Assembly: GCA_965195285.1 (NCBI GenBank)
Contig: CBDAFS010000015.1
Span: 74,138-138,137 of the forward strand
Length of the DNA: 64,000 bases
Source: an uncultured Aminicenantes bacterium
GTDB lineage: Bacteria > Acidobacteriota > Aminicenantia > UBA2199
Direction of reading: 5' to 3'
A program made the position numbers and the translations under genes. Below the pieces are notes generated by a model. That model was given only the letters and a program-made list of their open reading frames with translations. It did not search any database and was not told where the DNA came from. Below, piece after piece: positions 58,093-64,000 of this stretch (the stretch's first letter is position 1; each line of letters opens with the position of its first letter).

Positions 58093-58532
58093 AAGGTAAA
58101 GATAAAGGTAAAGATAAAGGTGAAGGAAAAAAATTCTTTTTGAATTTCGAATAATGAACAAGGAATGATGAAGTGTTATCGAAAAATGATTGTTTTCCTT
58201 CTACATTCGGTGGTCATTGGCTCGTATGGCTCGCGTCATATGTTCACTTCGTGAACGTCATAAGTTCGCAAAGCTCACGTCATTAAGAGCTTTAGAGAAC
58301 TTGTCATAAGCATGCTATGCGTGCGTCATTTGCATACAAAGCATACGTAATAAGTTCACTGTGTTCACGTCATGAATATCCCCAGAAAACTGTAATGACA
58401 AGTTATGATAGTTCTTAATGACCAAATCAGAGAGTTTTAATGACAAGAATTTGATAGATATAATGACAAGTTTCAGAGTGCTGTAATGACAAGTTATGGT
58501 TTTTCCTAAACCTTAATCTTAACCTTTACCTC
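58093..58532. repeat. Nested hexamer / heptamer / GTCAT-ATGAC array / inverted hexamer, copy B
   Basis: GTCAT at 58213, 58235, 58257, 58279, 58303, 58325, (GTAAT) 58347 and 58369; ATGAC at 58395, 58418, 58440, 58463 and 58486; flanked by AGGTAA-type and TTACCT-type runs. Confidence 0.85.
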
Positions 58533-58539
58533 GGTTTTA

Positions 58540-61500
58540 CTACAACTGGCTCATCTTCTTATAATATTCGTGTTTGTCCTTTTTAAACTGAATGGCCTGT
58601 TCATAGAGCTTGTCAGCGACATCCGGAAACTGCCGTTTCAGGGTATTGTAACGGATTTCATTCATCAGAAAATCCATCATATCCATCTTGGGATCCTTGG
58701 TTTCGTAGACAAACGGGTTCTTGTCTTCTTTGGCCAGTTGGGGATTGAAGCGGTACAGGTGCCAGTATCCGGATTCCACGGCATTTTTCTCTTCCAGGTA
58801 GGTCTTGCTCATGTCAAAACCATGGGCGATACAGGGTGCATAGGCGATAATGATTGAAGGTCCATTGTACGCTTCGGCCTCCAGAAAAGCCTTGACCGTC
58901 TGGTTGTAATTGGCACCCAGGCTGATCTGGGCCACGTAAATATAGCCGTAGCTCATGCACATCAATCCCAGATCCTTTTTCCCGGTCCGCTTGCCGGCCG
59001 CTGCGAATTTGGCAGTCGAGGCCAGGGGAGTGGCTTTTGAGGCCTGTCCGCCGGTATTGGAATAGACTTCCGTATCTACAACTAATATATTTACATTGCG
59101 GTTGGCTGCTAATACATGGTCAAGTCCGCCGTAGCCGATATCATAGGCCCAACCGTCGCCACCCAGGCACCAGACCGAGCGGTCTACCAAGTAATCCTGC
59201 AGTTCAACGACTTTTTTAATCATTGAGAGGGTGTTTTCATTGGCTGACTTGAGAGTGGCGGGAAGCAGGTCCTTAACCTTCTGGGCTGCCACCTGGGCCT
59301 CTTCATCGGTATCGGTCCAGAGATCAAGGCTCTGCTGAAAAGCTGATTTCAGATCCGCTGATATACCGTTGGCCATCAGTTTTTCGATGTTCCGCTTCAA
59401 TTGCTTGCGGTTGGCATCCACGGCCAGTCTCATGCCGAAACCGTATTCGGCATTGTCCTCAAACAGGGAATTGGCCCATACCGGCCCCTTGCCCCGCTTG
59501 GAAGTGGTGTAGGGAATGGTGGGGAAAGTGCCTCCGAAAATGGAGGTACAGCCCGTGGCATTGGCAATGACCATACGTTCTCCGAACAACTGGGTGGCCA
59601 GTTTTACGTATGGGGTTTCACCGCAGCCGGCACAGGCTCCGGAGAATTCAAACAGGGGGGTTCTAAATTGGGTGCCCTTGTAAGTGGTCAGGGGGGCGCC
59701 GTCAATGATATTATCCGGAAGTGATTCGAAAAACAGCTCATTGTTCCGCTCTCCGGATTTCCGCTCTTCCTGAATCGGTTTGAACTGCAGGGCTTTATCC
59801 TTGGAAATACAGGCATTCACACAATTGCCACAGCCGGTGCAGTCCTCGATGTAGACCTGAATTTTAAATTCGAGGTTTCGGTCATTCTTTGTTCTTGATT
59901 TCAGGGTCTTGAAGGTATGAGGGGCATCTTTCAGCTTATCGGGTTCGATCTGTTTGGCACGGATAGCTGCGTGGGGGCAGATCAGGGAACAGACATTGCA
60001 CTGGATGCAGTTTTCCGAAATCCAGTGAGGGACCAGAGGGGCGATACCTCTTTTTTCCAGTTTGGAGGTTCCAGTGGGAACACATCCATCCAGGGGCATA
60101 TCCGAAACGGGAATATCATCCCCTTTCAATTGCATCATTTTGGCAATCACGTTTTTCTCAAACCGGGAGGCATCTTCCGGGATCAGAGGCGCATGCTCAT
60201 AGGATTTTTCGATCTTATCCACACTGTCCGGATAGGCTACCAGTTCAAGCTCAGCACTGGTTTTGTCCACGGCTTTCCAGTTCATTCTAACAATTTCATC
60301 ACCTTTCTTTTCAAAGGATTTTTTAATGGATGCCTTGATCAGTTTGATGGCTTCTTTCTCCTCAAGGATTCCCGAGATTTTAAAAAATGCAACCTGCATT
60401 ACCGTTGATATCCGGTTGCCCAGGCCGACTTCGTGGGCAATTTTAAGGGCATCGATGTTGAAGAATTTCAGTTTTTTATTGATAATTGTCTCCTGCATGT
60501 CCCGTGTAAGATGGTTGAATACGTCGGTATTGGGCCATTCGGAATTGAGCAGAAAAGTGCCTCCCCGGGTAATACCCTGAAGCAGATTGTAACTGCCGAT
60601 ATAGGCAGGATTGTGAACTGCAATAAAGTCCGAATTCCTGACCAGGTAGCATGATTGAATTTCACTTTTGCCAAATCGCAAATGGGAAACCGTGGTACCT
60701 CCTGATTTTTTGGAATCATAGGAAAAATAACCCTGGGCATACATATCCGTATTATCACCAATAATCTTAATAGAATTCTTGTTGGCCCCGACAGTTCCGT
60801 CTGAACCAAGGCCCCAGAAAATACAACGTTTGGCATCCTCGGGTTCGGCATCGATTTCTTCGTTGATGGGAATGGACAGGTTGGACACATCATCATGGAT
60901 ACCGACCGTAAAATTATGGAAGGCCGGTCCGTCAAGATGATCGTATACCGCTTTGACCATGGAGGGGGTGAAATCCTTTGAGCCCAGGCCGTAGCGGCCT
61001 CCGATGATCTGGATATCTTTTCCGAACAGAGCGGTTTTGACATCCTGGTACAGGGGTTCGCCAATGGCACCCGGTTCCTTGGTCCGGTCCAGTACGGCTA
61101 TTTTTTTAACTGACTGGGGAATGGAGCGGATAAAGGCATCGACCACAAAGGGGCGGAAAAGCCTGACTTTGAGGGCCCCGACTTTTTCCCCGCGTTTTTT
61201 CAGGTGGTTGATGGTCTCTTCGATAACATCCACGCCGGAGCCCATGGCGATAATGATTTTATCGGCATCCGGGTCTCCCACATAGTCAAACAGGTTGTAT
61301 CGACGGCCGACTTTCTGGTACAACAGATCCATGTATTTTTCAACCAGCGCCGGAACCCGGTCATAATATTTGTTGACGGTTTCCCGGCCCTGAAAATAAA
61401 CTTCAGGGTTTTCCTGGCCGACTTTTAAAAAAGGTTTGTCCGGGTTCAAAGCCAGTTTTCTGAAATTCTCCACATGTTTCATGTCCAGCATGGATGCCAT

Positions 61501-62070
61501 GGTTTCATAATCTATCATTTCGACTTTTTTGATCTCGTGGGACAACCTGAATCCTTCGAAAAAATTCAAAAAGGGTATCCGGGCTTCCAGTGTGGTTAGA
61601 TGGGAAACCACGGCCAGGTCCATGATTTCCTGAACCGAAGCGGCAGCCACCAGTCCCCAGCCGGTATTGCGGACCGACATGACATCGGAATGATCTCCGA
61701 AAATAGAAAGGGATTGACAGGCCAGAGAGCGGGCTGATACGTGGAAAACCGTGGGCAGCATTTCTCCGGCGATCTTATGCATGTTGGGGATCATCAGTAA
61801 TAATCCCTGGGAAGCGGTGAAAGTGGTGGCCATGGAACCGGCTGAAAGCACTCCGTGTATGGCTCCGGCAGCCCCGGCTTCGGATTGCATCTCAATCACA
61901 TCCACTTCCTGGCCGAATATATTTTTGCGTCCGTAGGCAGACCAGGTATCTGCCAGTTCTCCCATTACAGAGGAGGGTGTAATCGGGTAAATAGCGGCAA
62001 CTTCACTGAATGCATAGGCCACATGGGTGGCAGCGGTATTTCCATCAATGGTTGATTTCTTGATTTTCAT
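58540..62070 (-). CDS. nifJ: Pyruvate:ferredoxin (flavodoxin) oxidoreductase
   Basis: AIYPITPS, MQSEAGAAG, GLGSDGTVGANK, two 4Fe-4S motifs, ACAGCGE and GGDGWAYDIG. Confidence 0.95.
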   Translation of the reverse strand: MKIKKSTIDGNTAATHVAYAFSEVAAIYPITPSSVMGELADTWSAYGRKNIFGQEVDVIEMQSEAGAAGAIHGVLSAGSMATTFTASQGLLLMIPNMHKIAGEMLPTVFHVSARSLACQSLSIFGDHSDVMSVRNTGWGLVAAASVQEIMDLAVVSHLTTLEARIPFLNFFEGFRLSHEIKKVEMIDYETMASMLDMKHVENFRKLALNPDKPFLKVGQENPEVYFQGRETVNKYYDRVPALVEKYMDLLYQKVGRRYNLFDYVGDPDADKIIIAMGSGVDVIEETINHLKKRGEKVGALKVRLFRPFVVDAFIRSIPQSVKKIAVLDRTKEPGAIGEPLYQDVKTALFGKDIQIIGGRYGLGSKDFTPSMVKAVYDHLDGPAFHNFTVGIHDDVSNLSIPINEEIDAEPEDAKRCIFWGLGSDGTVGANKNSIKIIGDNTDMYAQGYFSYDSKKSGGTTVSHLRFGKSEIQSCYLVRNSDFIAVHNPAYIGSYNLLQGITRGGTFLLNSEWPNTDVFNHLTRDMQETIINKKLKFFNIDALKIAHEVGLGNRISTVMQVAFFKISGILEEKEAIKLIKASIKKSFEKKGDEIVRMNWKAVDKTSAELELVAYPDSVDKIEKSYEHAPLIPEDASRFEKNVIAKMMQLKGDDIPVSDMPLDGCVPTGTSKLEKRGIAPLVPHWISENCIQCNVCSLICPHAAIRAKQIEPDKLKDAPHTFKTLKSRTKNDRNLEFKIQVYIEDCTGCGNCVNACISKDKALQFKPIQEERKSGERNNELFFESLPDNIIDGAPLTTYKGTQFRTPLFEFSGACAGCGETPYVKLATQLFGERMVIANATGCTSIFGGTFPTIPYTTSKRGKGPVWANSLFEDNAEYGFGMRLAVDANRKQLKRNIEKLMANGISADLKSAFQQSLDLWTDTDEEAQVAAQKVKDLLPATLKSANENTLSMIKKVVELQDYLVDRSVWCLGGDGWAYDIGYGGLDHVLAANRNVNILVVDTEVYSNTGGQASKATPLASTAKFAAAGKRTGKKDLGLMCMSYGYIYVAQISLGANYNQTVKAFLEAEAYNGPSIIIAYAPCIAHGFDMSKTYLEEKNAVESGYWHLYRFNPQLAKEDKNPFVYETKDPKMDMMDFLMNEIRYNTLKRQFPDVADKLYEQAIQFKKDKHEYYKKMSQL

Positions 62071-62284
62071 ATTATCTCCTTTTTTTTGATTCTGAATTTG
62101 ATTTTCCGGGAAATCGTTCCAGGTTTTAATAATTAATAAAATATTAACACATGAGCTACCTGTGTGTCAAGAAGAATTTTATTCAAATCCGGAATGATTT
62201 CAAAGTTCAGCATGTTGAAACCAGTGAAATATTCTGGTATTATAAATTGAGGCCAGTTTATTTCGACAACCTCTGGAGTTGATT

Positions 62285-63730
62285 ATGAAAATTCAAAAGA
62301 AAAGGACTTTAAATACGGAAGCAGTGGAAGGGATTGTTGTTCCTGTCTTCCAGAAGTGTGACTTTAACCGGGTGATACAAATCTATCCGGAAGTGGAGCA
62401 ATTCATCAAGAAATACAGATTCAAGGGGAAGACGGGCGACCGGATCGTTTTCAATTCATTGCGATTATCCAAACTGATGATCATGGTGGGAGCAGGTGAT
62501 GTCGGCCAGTTAAAAGATGCTGTCAAATCCGCCAACCATATTATCTCGATATTGAAGGAACACCGCATTCGTAAAGCCGGAATTCATTTTGTCCAGGATC
62601 TGGAAATCCCCCACGATTATGCCATCAATCTCATCGATTTTTTATTTATCAACAATTACCGTTTTGATGCCTATTTGAGCAAAAAGGAAAAGGAAAAAAA
62701 GGTCAAACATATCCATCTGGTATTCGATTGGAAAAAACCGATCAGCAGCCAGGATCTCCGGGAGCGTGAAGCCATCAACAAAAGCATCATTCTGACCCGG
62801 AATTTGATTAATGAAATTCCTGAAAAAGTAAACCCGGATTCAATGGTAGATGCTTTTACAGAATTATCCCGGGAGCAAAACCTGGACATTTCGATTCAGA
62901 GGTTAAAAGAACTGAAAAATAACGGGATGAATGGACTTCTATCGGTTGGAAAAGGATCACCCTATGAGCCGGCCCTGATCAAAATATCCTATTCTCCCGG
63001 TACATATAAAAGGACTCTGGCTGTCGTGGGAAAGGGCATTACATTTGACTCAGGCGGTTTAAATATCAAGGTAGGCAATTATATGGAGGAAATGAAATGT
63101 GATATGGCCGGCGCAGCAATAGTTCTGGGTATTATTAAAGCTGTTTCGGAGCTCCGGCTTCCGGTCAGGATAATCGGGTATGCGGCCATTGCGGAGAATA
63201 TGCCGGGTCAACAGGCCTATAAGCCCGGAGATATTATTACCTATAAAAATAAGAAAACCGTTGAAGTGATCAATACCGATGCGGAAGGGCGCCTGATCCT
63301 GGCCGATGCCCTGATTGAGGCTGCTTCTGATAAGCCTGATTATATTATTGAATTCTCAACCCTTACCGGAGCCATTCTGGTGGCCCTTGGGGATATGGTG
63401 GCCGGACTGATGACTACCCATAACCATCTAAAACAGATTCTGGTGAAATCCGCGGACAAGACCTGTGATTTTGTTTGGGCCATGCCCATGCTTGAAGAGT
63501 ACAGGGAAAGCATCAAGTCAAAAATCGCCGATTTAAAAAATGCCAATTATAAATGGGGATCTTCGATTAAGGCCGGACTATTCCTGAATGAGTTTGTTGA
63601 AAAAGTACCCTTTGCCCATATTGATGTGGCTGGGACTGCCTTCATTTCTCAAACCAATGCTTTTTATTCCCAGGAAGGTGCCACCGGTTTTGGTATCCGC
63701 CTGATGATGGATTTTCTGAAGAAGTTATAG
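62285..63730 (+). CDS. pepA: Leucyl aminopeptidase (M17)
   Basis: GKGITFDSGG, MKCDMAG, NTDAEGRL and HIDVAG. Confidence 0.93.
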   Translation: MKIQKKRTLNTEAVEGIVVPVFQKCDFNRVIQIYPEVEQFIKKYRFKGKTGDRIVFNSLRLSKLMIMVGAGDVGQLKDAVKSANHIISILKEHRIRKAGIHFVQDLEIPHDYAINLIDFLFINNYRFDAYLSKKEKEKKVKHIHLVFDWKKPISSQDLREREAINKSIILTRNLINEIPEKVNPDSMVDAFTELSREQNLDISIQRLKELKNNGMNGLLSVGKGSPYEPALIKISYSPGTYKRTLAVVGKGITFDSGGLNIKVGNYMEEMKCDMAGAAIVLGIIKAVSELRLPVRIIGYAAIAENMPGQQAYKPGDIITYKNKKTVEVINTDAEGRLILADALIEAASDKPDYIIEFSTLTGAILVALGDMVAGLMTTHNHLKQILVKSADKTCDFVWAMPMLEEYRESIKSKIADLKNANYKWGSSIKAGLFLNEFVEKVPFAHIDVAGTAFISQTNAFYSQEGATGFGIRLMMDFLKKL

Positions 63731-63829
63731 CCCTGAGTGGCCTGACAAACCCTGATAATGAAGGTTTCAGGGTGTATTTTACTTTTTTTTTAAATTGACA
63801 AATCCATTTTTTAATATTATATTGAAAGA

Positions 63830-63929
63830 GTGGAACCGCTTATTGAAGTCAAATTAATGGGCCTGATCATGGATCCGATTTCCAAAACCCCGGTGATGAT
63901 CCTCAAGCCCATAAAAGATAAAAAAATCA
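63830..63929 (+). CDS. Bifunctional nuclease (DUF151) family protein, 5' partial
   Basis: GTG start, (M)EPLIEVKLMGLIMDPISKTPVMILK; preceded by TTGACA-N17-TATATT; cut off by adapter. Confidence 0.65.
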
Positions 63930-64000
63930 AGATCGGAAGAGCACACGTCTGAACTCCAGTCACATGTCAGAATCTCGTATGCCGTCTTCTGCTTGAAAAA
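63930..64000 (+). other. Illumina TruSeq indexed adapter (sequencing artefact)
   Basis: AGATCGGAAGAGCACACGTCTGAACTCCAGTCAC-ATGTCAGA-ATCTCGTATGCCGTCTTCTGCTTG then poly-A. Confidence 0.99.

Noticed and set aside
55604-58490. GTCAT arrays as a CRISPR array
   Set aside because: The constant part is only 5-7 nt, spacers are 15 nt and partly palindromic, half the array is inverted, and there are no cas genes in the window.

Overview
Bacterial contig, probably a metagenome assembly from an anaerobic diderm. Candidatus Aminicenantes/Acidobacteriota-like ancestry is an inference from the VWA-type, beta-propeller and kinase-TPR proteins. Positions 1-33 kb and 55.5-64 kb hold mostly housekeeping genes: two tandem kbl paralogues, a tandem-domain thyX, lptD, ispA-dxs, an RND efflux pump, tmk, a radical SAM enzyme, khpA, dcp, abgT, a DEAD-box helicase, LOG, a nitroreductase, PFOR and pepA. 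Between them is a ~22-kb mosaic island (33063-55434). It is bounded by a 33/35-bp direct repeat of the tRNA-Lys(CTT) 3' end, has a 21-bp inverted repeat just inside each boundary, and encodes no recognisable integrase. The island carries many GGGG-tagged terminal inverted repeats, an internally deleted Y1/HUH (RAYT-like) transposase, ~200-bp MITEs, an IS1182 inserted in one MITE end, IS21 and IS3 remnants, a lone attC-like site, and genes cut at repeat boundaries. Three intergenic loci right of the tRNA hold nested hexamer/heptamer repeats and ~22-bp-period GTCAT/ATGAC arrays whose unit content differs at one end between copies. The last 71 nt are Illumina TruSeq adapter. All calls come from reading the sequence; no searches were run.
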